A stretch of 61,807 nucleotides of DNA from Candidatus Heimdallarchaeota archaeon (GCA_019058275.1 JAHLVW010000012.1:1-61807), one strand, 5' to 3'. Shown: positions 1 through 12,094, numbered from the stretch's first letter. Notes: generated by a model from the sequence alone, not told the origin. Numbers and translations: made by a program.

Positions 1-37
1 ATACAAACCACCTACAAAAAGGGTCAATGAGACGGAA
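1..37 (-). other. 3' half of the pre-16S processing stem (pairs with 1744-1793)
   Basis: The trailer UUCCGU-CU-CAUU-GAC-CCUUUUU-GUAGG-UG-GUUUGUAU is complementary to the leader GUACAAAC..CCUAC-UAAAAGAG-A-AAUG-AAC..ACGGAA, with an imperfect BHB-like centre. Confidence 0.7.
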
Positions 38-90
38 GGGAAAAACCCTCCTTTAAAAGACCGCCACTCAAACTGAGTTTGAGCATTACA

Positions 91-1613
<1,523 letters not shown>

Positions 1614-1732
1614 TGATTCCTGTTTTTTACGTTATTGTTTTTGGTTTGTTTGTTTTGTTCGTAAACTAACTTTCTAAACATAACAGGTTTATTGTACGGA
1701 TATTGTACTTGTTGTTGTCTTTTTTTATGATC

Positions 1733-1886
1733 TTTTTTTCACATTCCGTTTTTTGAGTTCATTTCTCTTTTAGTAGGATGTGAGTGTTTGTACAACCTTC
1801 TCATGTTTTTCAGCCAGACTGATAACTTTCAGTTATCTTGACTTGGGTAGTTGCGCGAGTTTGTTTTCCTCAACCCCGAACCGTTA
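1733..1886. repeat. Direct repeat copy 1 (16S 5' leader, includes 5' half of the processing stem)
   Basis: About 153 bp, with ~12 differences from 11300-11452 by manual alignment. Confidence 0.93.
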
Positions 1887-2040
1887 ATTTTCGGGATCTC
1901 ATGCAAATACTACTTCTTTTCCGTTGTTTGCTCGGTTGGATTTTTTCGACCTTTCATCCTTCAGGGCTCATGCCCCAGTCGGGTCGTCGCCTTTTTCGAG
2001 CGATTTTTACGGAAACTAGTTTTGTTAGGTGCAAGGTTTT

Positions 2041-2056
2041 CTTTTTAAAGTTTTGC
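2041..2056 (-). promoter_or_regulatory. Candidate rRNA promoter (BRE + TATA)
   Basis: Minus strand GCAAAAC-TTTAAAAAG lies ~25-30 nt upstream of a GC-richer structured leader (~2012-1890) that precedes the 16S gene. Confidence 0.5.
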
Positions 2057-2723
2057 TCTAATGAGCGAATCAGCTGTGAGTCTTTTTTCTCCGTTGATTC
2101 CCTGCCCTTGACTATCTTTCGACTTGTTTTTTAGCTTTCTGCGTCTATTAAAATCTTTTGTCAACATTATTATTATGTCTCTTTGAATTTATTTTTTTCT
2201 ATTAGCTTTTGGTGTTAGTTTTCCAGCGAATTTGATTTTCTAACATTAATTGCAAATTCTAGATAAGTTCCTGCTACTAGCAAGGATAAAATGAATTGGA
2301 TACCAAAAAAAAAGAGTAATCGAAATAATAGCAGAAGATCAATTCCTTATAATTGAAAACGATTATGTGATAAACACAAATATGCTCGAAGAAGAAGAAC
2401 AGTTAAGTATTAGAGAGAACAAGAAGAACCCAAGAATGGAAAGGAAAGATGAAGAAAATAGCTGTAGGAATCTTTTCTGAATGTAATAGTATTTTTGAAA
2501 GTGGTTCAGGATATTGTTTAGTCTGTGGAAATGGTTTCGAACAATATAAAGTACACTGAATGTTAAAGAGAGATTAGAGTTTTTTATTAGTTGAAACATT
2601 TTTCTAGCTTTTTTGCATACTTTGGTTAATCTAACATCACAAATATAATGCCCAAGAATAATGTAAAACCACACATCAAAAGAAATGGCATTTTCCCTAA
2701 AAATGACCTTAATCTCTTTCTTT

Positions 2724-2981
2724 TTATTGTGATAAAAAATCTATGATTTTGGAATCAATTTCAGAGTAAGTGTTTACAAGAAAATCTTTCAAGGAGTTTT
2801 CAGAAATGCATCCCTCAGAAAAGGAGAAATTCAAAATATTGCTAAGATGTTTTACCATTGTTTTTCTTTCTTTTGTATCCCAATTATCTTCTGAAATCTT
2901 TGAAGAATAGAAGAGCTCACCATTTATTGCATACAAATACCAATTATTAAGAAACAATACCACTTCGATAAATTTTTCCAT
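2724..2981 (-). CDS. Hypothetical protein, 85 aa
   Basis: ORF overlapping the 3' end of the ABC ATPase. No recognisable motif, so it may be spurious or a remnant. Confidence 0.3.
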   Translation of the reverse strand: MEKFIEVVLFLNNWYLYAINGELFYSSKISEDNWDTKERKTMVKHLSNILNFSFSEGCISENSLKDFLVNTYSEIDSKIIDFLSQ

Positions 2982-4602
2982 CCATAAGTTCGATTACTCG
3001 TAATCCTTTTCTTAATAAATTAATATCATGTGTAGATATTATTGTTGTTATCCCCATTTCTGTACACTTGGCAAACAAAAGTGTTATTGTTTGTTCAGCA
3101 AGTTCAGAATCAAGATTAGCTGTTGGTTCATCCAACAATAATATTTGTGGTATATCATTCATAGCAATTGCTAATGAAGCTCGTTGTAACTCTCCACCAG
3201 AAATCTCTAATGGATAAGCATTTTGTCGATGGGTTATTTGAAAATCAAATAATAATTTTTTTCTTTTCTCTTCAAATTCATCATCATCTACTATTTTAGT
3301 CCCTCGATAGATTTCTTTTAGAAATAAATTTTCATCAACTCTTAAATATGGATTAAGACTACCTTGTTGTGCAACCAATCCCATATGATCTCTTCGCATA
3401 ATAGCACGATCCTTATCAGATAATTTAGCGAAATCCTTCCCAAGGATCTTTAAACTCCCTTTAGTAATTGGAACCATTCCTGAAATGAGTTTAATTAATG
3501 TTGTTTTTCCAGAACCACTTGGTCCTACAATAAAAACAATCTCTTTTTCAAAAATAGTTAGGTTAATATCAGAAAGTGCATCCAGAGCTCCTCCTTCTGT
3601 AGGATAAATTTTGAAGATTCCTTTAAGTTTAATAATTGGATTTTTTCCCTTATCATAATCCTCTGGTAGTGGTTTAACAGTTAAAATCTTTCTTCGTTCC
3701 TTCACTTCTTTTAAAAAGATTTTTTCTGGGGTTAAGCCATCAGGATTACGAAAATCAACTTCTCCAGTCTTTTTTAAGGAAAATTCTCCAACATCAGAAA
3801 GCTTCAATGTCTTAAATACTAAATCTGGCACACGAATTGTTCTTGTTGAATCGATATGACCTTTAAAGTTTAGTGGAAATTTAGGTTGTTGTCCAATTAT
3901 TACTCGCTCTTCAGCAGTAAGTACCGAAGAAAGTCGACCATCACGAATTTCATAAGTTCGATCCACCCCTTCCAAGAATTGAACATCATGAGTTACAACA
4001 ACAATTGTTGTACCAATATTTAATGTGATTTTTCGGAGAGTTTCCCTAACTTTTTCAGTATTTCCACTATCCAATTGTCCTGTAGGTTCATCACAGAGTA
4101 ATATTGGAACATTTTTAGCAAGTGCACAAGCAAGTGCAACTCTTGTCATTTCACCACCCGATAAAGTTGCAACAACTCTTTTGCATAAATGTGAAATTCC
4201 TAACATTTCAAGAATTTCTTGGTTAGAAGATTGACTTTTCATTGTCTTTTTATTTAGTAGACTTCTAGTAAAATCCATGTTATCGTCCACTGTAACATTT
4301 AAGAGCAGTGTTCGTTCAGGAAACTGATCAATAAGACCGATTTTTACCAAACGAAAAATATTAAGAGAATTAGGTTTCATTTGTTCGAGGTGATAACCTG
4401 CAACTTCTACAATGCCACTAGAAGGACTGTTCAATCCTGCTAAGATATTTACCAGAGTAGTTTTACCTGAACCACTAGGTCCAATAATGGAGACAAGTTC
4501 TCCTTCCTTAACGTCGAAGTCACAACCTCTAAGAGCTGGAACATTGAACTTCTTTTCTTCGTCTTTATAGATTTTGATTAAGTCTTTACATTTAATGATC
4601 AA
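2947..4602 (-). CDS. ABC transporter ATP-binding protein (LolD/MacB type) with two ATPase domains and an AbrB-like linker
   Basis: Two complete motif sets: GPSGSGKT / LSGGE / LLCDEP / VTHD and GPSGSGKT / ISGGE / LLLDEP / STHD. The linker includes GHIDSTRTIRVP. Confidence 0.92.
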   Translation of the reverse strand: MIIKCKDLIKIYKDEEKKFNVPALRGCDFDVKEGELVSIIGPSGSGKTTLVNILAGLNSPSSGIVEVAGYHLEQMKPNSLNIFRLVKIGLIDQFPERTLLLNVTVDDNMDFTRSLLNKKTMKSQSSNQEILEMLGISHLCKRVVATLSGGEMTRVALACALAKNVPILLCDEPTGQLDSGNTEKVRETLRKITLNIGTTIVVVTHDVQFLEGVDRTYEIRDGRLSSVLTAEERVIIGQQPKFPLNFKGHIDSTRTIRVPDLVFKTLKLSDVGEFSLKKTGEVDFRNPDGLTPEKIFLKEVKERRKILTVKPLPEDYDKGKNPIIKLKGIFKIYPTEGGALDALSDINLTIFEKEIVFIVGPSGSGKTTLIKLISGMVPITKGSLKILGKDFAKLSDKDRAIMRRDHMGLVAQQGSLNPYLRVDENLFLKEIYRGTKIVDDDEFEEKRKKLLFDFQITHRQNAYPLEISGGELQRASLAIAMNDIPQILLLDEPTANLDSELAEQTITLLFAKCTEMGITTIISTHDINLLRKGLRVIELMDGKIYRSGIVS

Positions 4603-4608
4603 TTCTAC

Positions 4609-7488
4609 TCACTCCTGCTTTATTGGTTTATAATTATTCATTTTTGGTATTAATCCGACTAACCATCCGAAAAGAATTATCAAAAAGATTATGAAAAATA
4701 ATAAGAAAATGAACCACCATGGAATCCAAGGCTTAAAAGATAAATAACTTTCATCAATATTTAATATAATTGGATACAAAAGCAAACTCAATTTTCCAAA
4801 AACAATAGATATTATAATTGGTAATATTGATAAAACTACCAATTCTAAAGTAAATTCTAACCACAACTGTTGCAATGTGGCTCCAATACGATAATCAGTT
4901 TCAATATTCCTAATCCGTTCCAGGAAAATATTTTGACTGGCAACAAATCCAAAAAAGAATCCTACAAAAATGATTATGATTGAAATATAACGGAGTAAAA
5001 TCAGACCAAATGGTGTAATGAGATTTTCCATTTCTTTCTTGATATCCTCATATGTTTGGGGATTTATAGAATAATTTTCTCTTAGTATTGTTGTGATGTC
5101 AGAAATATTCATACTATGATCTGTTTTTACAAGTAATTGGTGTTGTAATGAGTTAACATATAGATTATTTGTGTCCTTCATTAGTATTTCATAAGTTTGA
5201 AAACTCATTACTAGTTGAAATTTCTCAACTTGTTCTATTTGTTGATAGAAAGGTTTATTTTGTATTTTCGGTAATGCAGGAAAAATGTTGAAACTATTAA
5301 TATAACTTAAATTATAATTATGAAGTGAATCCCAGAAATCATTAGCCATAAATATTTGTCCTTTGTCATAATTATGTTTTTTTGCGAATTTCAAGTCCAT
5401 TAAATAAGTTAGATTAGTAGATAATGACTCGATATCATAGTCAGTATATTGTTTGGAACCAAGTTTTGAGAAGTCAATTGTTTGTATAAATTCCGTTGAG
5501 TTAATAATGAGAATTGTAATTTTAAATGATCTTTCATATGTGATAGAAAATACTTCAGTAAGAATGATTTCTGTTGTTTGAACAACACCTTTAATTTGAT
5601 TGATATTTTGTCTTAAAGTTGCATTCATATTCCAATTATCAATTAAAATATCTGTACAACCACTAGCTAAAGTAGCATTTTGATCTAGATGTTTATTGAT
5701 TGAAGTATTCAAGATAAATCCAGGAATAATTGTAATCCCTATCATAAGAATAGCAAGAAGAGTACGTTGATAGGTACTTGGATGTATTGTTAGATTTTTT
5801 AATGAAAGAGTAAAGAAGAGTTTCTTCTTAATCCAAATTTTCTTACCAATAAACGACCAAGTTATTGTAACTAGCTTTGATATGAGAATAAACAACGAGA
5901 AAGTAATTAAAATTATACCTAAAAGGGCTATTATCAAAGAAAGTACATATAATAATTCTATTGTAGTGCTTATATCTAACATTATTAATCCAGAAGTAAA
6001 AATATAGCCTGGTATACCTCCAGCTAACAATAAAAGCCCAGAGAGGAAGAGCAATTGTTCTATTTTTACGGATAATTTTCCAAGCACTCTTTTTTTATGT
6101 TTACTTTCGTAGTCTTCTTTAACAAGTATATTTGTTTTTTTTGTGGAAGAATATCTAATAAAGTATCCCGTAATAAAAACACCAAATGAAAACACAATTA
6201 AGGTGATAAGTAGAAAAGGATTTTTTAAGCCTTTAATATAATAGATAAAGCTTACATTTAAATTTAAAAAGAGTTTACCTAAATAACCAATTATTGTTCC
6301 TAAAATCAGTCCACAGACTAGGCTTATTACTGTAACAATGATATTTTCAGCAAGAATAACTAGCTGAATAGGTTTATCATCTAAACCTTGAAGTTTCATT
6401 AGGCGAAAAATTGTTTCTAGATCATGAGCTTCAAAATTAAATATTTCATAAATTATCATGATAAGCAGAAAAAAAACAATGACAATAATACTACTTATTC
6501 TAGTAGATTCTAGTAACCAATGATACCGAAATGAAGAAAAATTATCAATTAAATCTGCACCAATTTTTATGTTGATATCTGGATCAAAATCCAAAGAAAC
6601 TCCTTGAAATTTCTGTTCAAGAGTATTTATGTAAAATTTCAAATTGCGATAATCTATTGTTGTGGTATCATATATGATATCAACAGCAAGTGCAAAAGTA
6701 GCTGAGAAAGATGAAAAGTTATTGATGAGTTCGTAGAAATAATTAGGTAATGTAAGAAATGTGCAGAAACTTTCTGAAAAAGTACTGTAACAATAACGCT
6801 CATTTTCATAACTTTTCCAAATAAGATCTTTAGAGTAACCATTCATTAATAATGACTCTCCAAAATTTTCCACAATTCCTGTGATTGTAAAATTTTGTAA
6901 AGAAACACCTACAAGGTCTGGTTTTAATTGTACTGTATCATTAACATTGTAATAATTGAACAACTCATTTTGTCTGAATAAGAGAATCTCAGAGCTGTTT
7001 CTTGGCAACCGACCAGCAACAAGGCTCTGACTTAATGAAATATTTGAATTAGAATTCAATGTCTTAATAGTATAATTTGTAAACTGTCCATAAACAGGTT
7101 CAATACCTCTAATAATTACCTCAATAGTTCCAGTACTTTTTGATACCACATTAGGAATTATGGCATTAAAAACATCTTCGATGTTTGTTATGGCATTATC
7201 AAGATAATCATTTTCAATATCTGAAGAAATGCTCTTATCAAATATGGTGTAGGATGAATGGTTACCATCATCATACCAATCATTTTGTGAGAGGAATTGA
7301 TGGAAAGAGTTACTCTGATAAGCAAACCAAACCATAAACAATGAGGTAATTAGAAGAAAGGTTAATACTCCAAAAACACATGATAAGAAAATCCTCTTTT
7401 TACTTGCTTTCAAAAAGATTTTCACAATTGTTTTAACATCAGGATTATACGAATCTATAAGTTTTTTATAGTCTTGTTTTTTCCCCAT
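4609..7488 (-). CDS. FtsX/MacB-like ABC transporter permease
   Basis: 959 aa with two large extracellular domains (GRLPRNSSEIL motif) and FtsX-like TM blocks (MKLQGL, YRIGAT). Lies next to a LolD-type ATPase. Confidence 0.85.
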   Translation of the reverse strand: MGKKQDYKKLIDSYNPDVKTIVKIFLKASKKRIFLSCVFGVLTFLLITSLFMVWFAYQSNSFHQFLSQNDWYDDGNHSSYTIFDKSISSDIENDYLDNAITNIEDVFNAIIPNVVSKSTGTIEVIIRGIEPVYGQFTNYTIKTLNSNSNISLSQSLVAGRLPRNSSEILLFRQNELFNYYNVNDTVQLKPDLVGVSLQNFTITGIVENFGESLLMNGYSKDLIWKSYENERYCYSTFSESFCTFLTLPNYFYELINNFSSFSATFALAVDIIYDTTTIDYRNLKFYINTLEQKFQGVSLDFDPDINIKIGADLIDNFSSFRYHWLLESTRISSIIVIVFFLLIMIIYEIFNFEAHDLETIFRLMKLQGLDDKPIQLVILAENIIVTVISLVCGLILGTIIGYLGKLFLNLNVSFIYYIKGLKNPFLLITLIVFSFGVFITGYFIRYSSTKKTNILVKEDYESKHKKRVLGKLSVKIEQLLFLSGLLLLAGGIPGYIFTSGLIMLDISTTIELLYVLSLIIALLGIILITFSLFILISKLVTITWSFIGKKIWIKKKLFFTLSLKNLTIHPSTYQRTLLAILMIGITIIPGFILNTSINKHLDQNATLASGCTDILIDNWNMNATLRQNINQIKGVVQTTEIILTEVFSITYERSFKITILIINSTEFIQTIDFSKLGSKQYTDYDIESLSTNLTYLMDLKFAKKHNYDKGQIFMANDFWDSLHNYNLSYINSFNIFPALPKIQNKPFYQQIEQVEKFQLVMSFQTYEILMKDTNNLYVNSLQHQLLVKTDHSMNISDITTILRENYSINPQTYEDIKKEMENLITPFGLILLRYISIIIIFVGFFFGFVASQNIFLERIRNIETDYRIGATLQQLWLEFTLELVVLSILPIIISIVFGKLSLLLYPIILNIDESYLSFKPWIPWWFIFLLFFIIFLIILFGWLVGLIPKMNNYKPIKQE

Positions 7489-7527
7489 TTCTACAAAATC
7501 CTCTTTGTGTTTTATAAGTTGTTTTTT

Positions 7528-10470
7528 TCACTCCTGTTTTATAGGTTGATATCTTTTTAATTTTACATGAAACCCTAAGAACCATCCACTGAGAATAAAA
7601 ATATTAAGTATCAGAAATACGCTTGTTATAAGCCACAAAGGTATCCATAACGAGACCATTGAATAACTTTGATCTACATTTAAGAGCACAGAATAGATTT
7701 TAACCAAAAAAACACTCAAAAATTCAGAGAATAGTAAAGGTACTATAACCAATGGTGTTAGAATAATTGCAAATCCTAAACCTATTTGCTGACGAGTAGC
7801 ACCAAGTCTATAGCTGAATTCAATGTTTCTTAGTTGATTTTGATAAATCTCATTACCTAAACTATAAGCAAAAAAGAATGCAAATAGAATTGAAATCACT
7901 GTAATTATTTGTTGAATAACAATAACAAAGTTAGACATGCCATCAATCATTTCCTCTTTTCTATCATCTATACTAAATACAGCAACGTTGAAATCATCTT
8001 TAATCTCATGTTTAATATAAGTAAGATTTGAAAAAGTATGTGTATTTATAAGTACTGTTTTCTTAAAATTAACTATTGTATAATCATAAGAATTATTGAT
8101 TATAGTATTAAAGGTATTAATATCTAAAACAAGCTGAAATTTATCAATATCTGGAAAAAAACTAGAAAACATGGGTTCATTAGAAATAGGAATTCCTGGA
8201 AATGTTTTAAAGCTACAAACATATCTAAGATCGAAACTATCTTTTGAATTGAGAAAGTCATTTACCGATAATAATTTTCCTTTATTAAAACCATTCTTTT
8301 TAGTAAATGCATCATCCATGAAATAGGTTAAATTTGTTTTAAGTAGAAGTATATCATCAATGGTATATTTTTCATTCTTTCCAAGTTTTGTAGAGTCAAT
8401 AGTTTGAACAAATTCAGTTGTATTAATAACTAAAAGAGTAATAAGATGGTTTTTAGCATTAAATTGACTATATTCTGTTTCACTATCAATTTCACATAAA
8501 GTAATTTCAGTTACTTTATCTATTCCTTCAATTTGGTTTATTTGATCTCTTAGATTGTCATTTAAATCATAGTTATTTATTGTTAAATCAACACAACTAT
8601 TAGCTAAAGTAGCATTATAACTAACATGTCTATCAATGTTTGATTGTATCATTATTCCTGGCAATGTTGTCATCCCAATTAATAAAATTCCAATTAGAAA
8701 TTTATTGTAATATTTAAGATTATTTGAAAAATTTTTGAATGATAGAGATAGAAGATTCTTCTTTCTTGACCAATAACTTTGACTTATAAAATCACAAGTT
8801 CTATTAATGATCTTAGATATGATAATTAAAAGTGAGAAGACCGTTAAAATACCACTTATAAGGATTAACAACAAAATTGCATAAATAATATTACTATTAA
8901 ATCCAAAATAGTAGTTGCCAATATCAGCATATTCAACCAATTGGACATGACTGATAAATTGAAATAGTCCTATTCCAAATAATGATCCAAAAAAAACAAG
9001 CCATATTCCTTCTTTCAATAGAATTAGTTTTAGAAAGTTTTTTCTTTCTATTTTTCCCTTATATTGATGTGAATATTCTAAAGTTACTTTTTTTACTGTT
9101 GAGATTCTCGAAAACAGTCCCCAGAAAGAATATCCAGTCAGAAAAATGAAATATATTATTAATAAAGAAGGATTCTTTGAATTGTTCCAAAATTGGACGA
9201 AACTTTGATTAAATCTTAGTAAAATATTCAGGGAATATCCTATAATCAAACCAGAAATAATCCCTCCTGAAATTGCAATGCCTGAAATAATAGTATTTTC
9301 GACTACTACTAAACGATTAATTACTTTATTTGTTAAACCTTGTAACTTCATTCGTTTTATTATATTTTTAAGTTCTTTTTCACCTGATAAATGGATTTCA
9401 TACATTGCAAAAATTATTAGTACAAATAAACAAATACTTGTTGCACCAACTCGAAATGTTTCAAATGGCCAGTAATAATTAAAATAAAATATGCGTTCAA
9501 GTATATCTCCACCTAATCTAAAATATATATCAGTACCAAAATTAAGGTCTAATTTTGAAAAGTAGATTGGGGTATAATCTTCTATACAAGAATCAATAGT
9601 ATTAATATTAAAAGATGAAGGATCATATTCGAAATCAATTGCAAGTGTAAAACCAATAGACATACTGGAATTAAAACTATTTAGAAGCTCAAAAAAGTAA
9701 TTGGGAGTTGTTAAGAAAGTACATGTATCCAAGAGATCAAAGGGAGCAATAGAAATCTCATTATCAAAAAAATCAAAACGTTTATGTGCTTGATTTGATA
9801 AAAGATCTTTTGAAAGATTATTATTAACAAAAACAAGATCTAAACTTTCCACTATTCCACAAACAGTATAATTTATTGTATCAGATGAAGACCAGAGATA
9901 CTGCGATGGTTCTAATGTAATTGTTTGATTGATTGAATAATTGTAGCTAGAGTTAATTGATTTATAGAAAAGAATTTCTGAATTATTTCTTGGAAGTCTA
10001 CCCGAAATTAAACTTTGATTAAGCAAAGTTGAAGCTTTTACATCAAAGGTTTTAAGGTAATAGTAGGTTCGATTAATTGTGTCCAAATCTCGTAAGAAAA
10101 ATGACAAATAACTTGAATAGTTAATTATACTATTTGGGAAATAAGACTCAAATAAGTTAGTTACTTCAACAACAGCATTATCCAAATAATCATTATGAAA
10201 AGTTAAGCTTAAATTTCTACCATATACGTCATAAAATGAAACCCAAGAATTATCATTCCAATTTTGTTGATTAATAATACCTTGAAATGATGTATCACGA
10301 TATGAATTCCAAATCACAAAAAAAGAAGTTAGAAGGATTATCATGAAAAGTCCAAAAAAGCAATTGGTAATAATTCGTTTCTTACGCGATTTTAAAAATA
10401 TTTTAATCAATGTTTTATAGTTAGACCTAGAATTATCTAAGAGTTCATTATAATTACCTATAGTCACCAT
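7528..10470 (-). CDS. FtsX/MacB-like ABC transporter permease (paralog of 4609-7488)
   Basis: 980 aa with the same architecture (GRLPRNNSEIL, MKLQGL, YRLGAT) and an identical C-terminus PIKQE. Confidence 0.85.
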   Translation of the reverse strand: MVTIGNYNELLDNSRSNYKTLIKIFLKSRKKRIITNCFFGLFMIILLTSFFVIWNSYRDTSFQGIINQQNWNDNSWVSFYDVYGRNLSLTFHNDYLDNAVVEVTNLFESYFPNSIINYSSYLSFFLRDLDTINRTYYYLKTFDVKASTLLNQSLISGRLPRNNSEILFYKSINSSYNYSINQTITLEPSQYLWSSSDTINYTVCGIVESLDLVFVNNNLSKDLLSNQAHKRFDFFDNEISIAPFDLLDTCTFLTTPNYFFELLNSFNSSMSIGFTLAIDFEYDPSSFNINTIDSCIEDYTPIYFSKLDLNFGTDIYFRLGGDILERIFYFNYYWPFETFRVGATSICLFVLIIFAMYEIHLSGEKELKNIIKRMKLQGLTNKVINRLVVVENTIISGIAISGGIISGLIIGYSLNILLRFNQSFVQFWNNSKNPSLLIIYFIFLTGYSFWGLFSRISTVKKVTLEYSHQYKGKIERKNFLKLILLKEGIWLVFFGSLFGIGLFQFISHVQLVEYADIGNYYFGFNSNIIYAILLLILISGILTVFSLLIIISKIINRTCDFISQSYWSRKKNLLSLSFKNFSNNLKYYNKFLIGILLIGMTTLPGIMIQSNIDRHVSYNATLANSCVDLTINNYDLNDNLRDQINQIEGIDKVTEITLCEIDSETEYSQFNAKNHLITLLVINTTEFVQTIDSTKLGKNEKYTIDDILLLKTNLTYFMDDAFTKKNGFNKGKLLSVNDFLNSKDSFDLRYVCSFKTFPGIPISNEPMFSSFFPDIDKFQLVLDINTFNTIINNSYDYTIVNFKKTVLINTHTFSNLTYIKHEIKDDFNVAVFSIDDRKEEMIDGMSNFVIVIQQIITVISILFAFFFAYSLGNEIYQNQLRNIEFSYRLGATRQQIGLGFAIILTPLVIVPLLFSEFLSVFLVKIYSVLLNVDQSYSMVSLWIPLWLITSVFLILNIFILSGWFLGFHVKLKRYQPIKQE

Positions 10471-10673
10471 TAATTCCTCTTCCTTTATGATTAATGCGAT
10501 TTTTTAATTAAATATTTCTAAAATTATTAAAAATTGAAAAAAACAATTAATCTGACAAAAAACCAAAAATTTTAATAATAATTACTAAATAGTCTATTGT
10601 AATTACTATTTCTAGAAAGGGGAAATACACAACTTTCTTGAACTAATTTAATTACATTGATAAAAAGGAATTT

Positions 10674-11234
10674 GTGATTTATATAAGAAAAAAAATCTAT
10701 CTTTTAATAATTAGTACAATTTTTTTTATGTCATCTATTACTCCATTGATTGTTCAAGCAACTGAACCAAAAATAACTACTACTTATGAAATTACTTCTA
10801 CTTATGGTTACGAAGTGCATACTAAAACCATAAGACAGGAATGGAATCCAAATAAATACCATGAAGTAAAACTAACAGTACATTATCAATACTGGACTTT
10901 GGATGGAAGCATATATACTTATCAACAATGGAAATTCACTGTAGAATTCAAAATGAATCGTGTCAAAAAGAATGCTGACAATGATGTCATTCAATATTAC
11001 GTTGGAGGTCGTTCTATTTATTTCGAGCAATCAAAAATCTATGAAGATGGCGATAGTATTACAAAATCAGGCACATCTTGTCCAGGTAGTTCTAGTGTAA
11101 ATAATCTATATATTAAGCTTTATGTCTGTAGTCGTGTCAGACCTAGATTTGGTTTTTACCATACATATCACTATAAAATTTGGAATGATGGACTGCCTGG
11201 TTCACCTTGGCATTGGGATCTAAGAGAAACATAA
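10674..11234 (+). CDS. Secreted hypothetical protein
   Basis: Basic/hydrophobic signal peptide ending VQA, followed by an aromatic, beta-rich mature region with two Cys. Confidence 0.7.
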   Translation: MIYIRKKIYLLIISTIFFMSSITPLIVQATEPKITTTYEITSTYGYEVHTKTIRQEWNPNKYHEVKLTVHYQYWTLDGSIYTYQQWKFTVEFKMNRVKKNADNDVIQYYVGGRSIYFEQSKIYEDGDSITKSGTSCPGSSSVNNLYIKLYVCSRVRPRFGFYHTYHYKIWNDGLPGSPWHWDLRET

Positions 11235-11299
11235 AAGCAATTGACTAGTAGAAGGATTTAGGTAATTTGGAAAAAAAACTAAATTTTCCTATTTCTCAT

Positions 11300-11452
11300 T
11301 TTTTTTCACATTCCGTTTTTTAAGTTCATTTCTCTTTTAGTGGAAAGTGATCGTTTGTACAACCTTCTCATATTTTTCAGCCAAACTGATAACTTGTAGT
11401 TATCTTGACTTGGGCAGTTGCGCGAGTTTGTTTTCCTCAACCCGAACCGTTA
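11300..11452. repeat. Direct repeat copy 2 (orphan copy of the 16S leader)
   Basis: Matches 1733-1886 at roughly 92% by manual count. No rRNA follows it. Confidence 0.93.
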
Positions 11453-12021
11453 CATTTCTAATTTTTATAGCAAATTCCAGATAGTTCCCAGCTATTAACA
11501 AGCATACAATAATTTGTAAGCTAATATATGGAAAATAAATTGCTAGTCTTGATTCACTACCCACCATTGGTAATATTAAGTAATTTATCAAACCATCCAA
11601 CCATAATAGAAAAACTACTAGTACAATGTATGTAAATAATTGCTCTCTTTTCGCAGTTTCAGCATAAAAACTACTTTTTCTTAGAACATAGATCAATGCC
11701 ACCATTGTCATTATAAAAATTGCAAATACTACCATACTACCTCTATTTAGAAAGAAGAGAGGTAGTAATCCTAAACCAGGTGTTACAATGTCGAAATAAA
11801 TCGTATCAAGATAAAATGCTGTATCAAGTATATTATATAGAAGCACTAAAATCAATTATTGTAATAAAATCGAATGAATTTATTGTATACATTAAGAAAT
11901 AGACTACCAGTATACTTGCACCTATACTAATTAGTAATCTGCCATCCAACCTTTCTTTACTTTCGATTCTTCCTTCAACCATCTCTTCATTTTCAAACAT
12001 TTTCTTTCCCCTTTCTAACAT
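11400..12021 (-). pseudogene. Disrupted membrane-protein gene, paralog of 12095-12856
   Basis: Two overlapping ORFs in different frames (11833-12021 and 11400-11855) match the N- and C-terminal parts of the neighbour (RLLISIGASILVVYFLMYTI vs RILMQIGAGFLAVFFVLYSI; LQIIVCLLIAGNYLEFAIKIR vs SQIIIAILAAIAYIELVVKIR). The 3' end runs into repeat copy 2. Confidence 0.6.
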
Positions 12022-12094
12022 TTCTATTTATTGTTTTCTTCTTTTGATTTAAATTTATCTTATTTCAAATTTCAATTTAACCATATCTTCTAGA

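Noticed and set aside
1-90. Possible tRNA-Ala or 23S downstream of the 16S
   Set aside because: Only short hairpins (e.g. CTCAAAC-TGA-GTTTGAG, ~68-84) and the processing-stem half are visible. There is no cloverleaf, and linkage to 23S cannot be judged at the window edge.
1890-2012. GC-richer nested stem-loop segment as an independent ncRNA
   Set aside because: It sits between the candidate rRNA promoter and the processing stem, so it is most simply part of the pre-rRNA 5' leader. No tRNA, SRP or RNase P signature was recognised.
1838-2674. ORFs 1838-2134, 1851-2048 and 2363-2674
   Set aside because: They overlap the rRNA leader/promoter or low-complexity AT-rich DNA and give F/S/L-rich translations without motifs.
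1887-11299. Calling the repeat-flanked block a transposon or provirus
   Set aside because: No transposase, integrase, terminal inverted repeats or viral genes were seen. It is kept only as a possible island in the findings.
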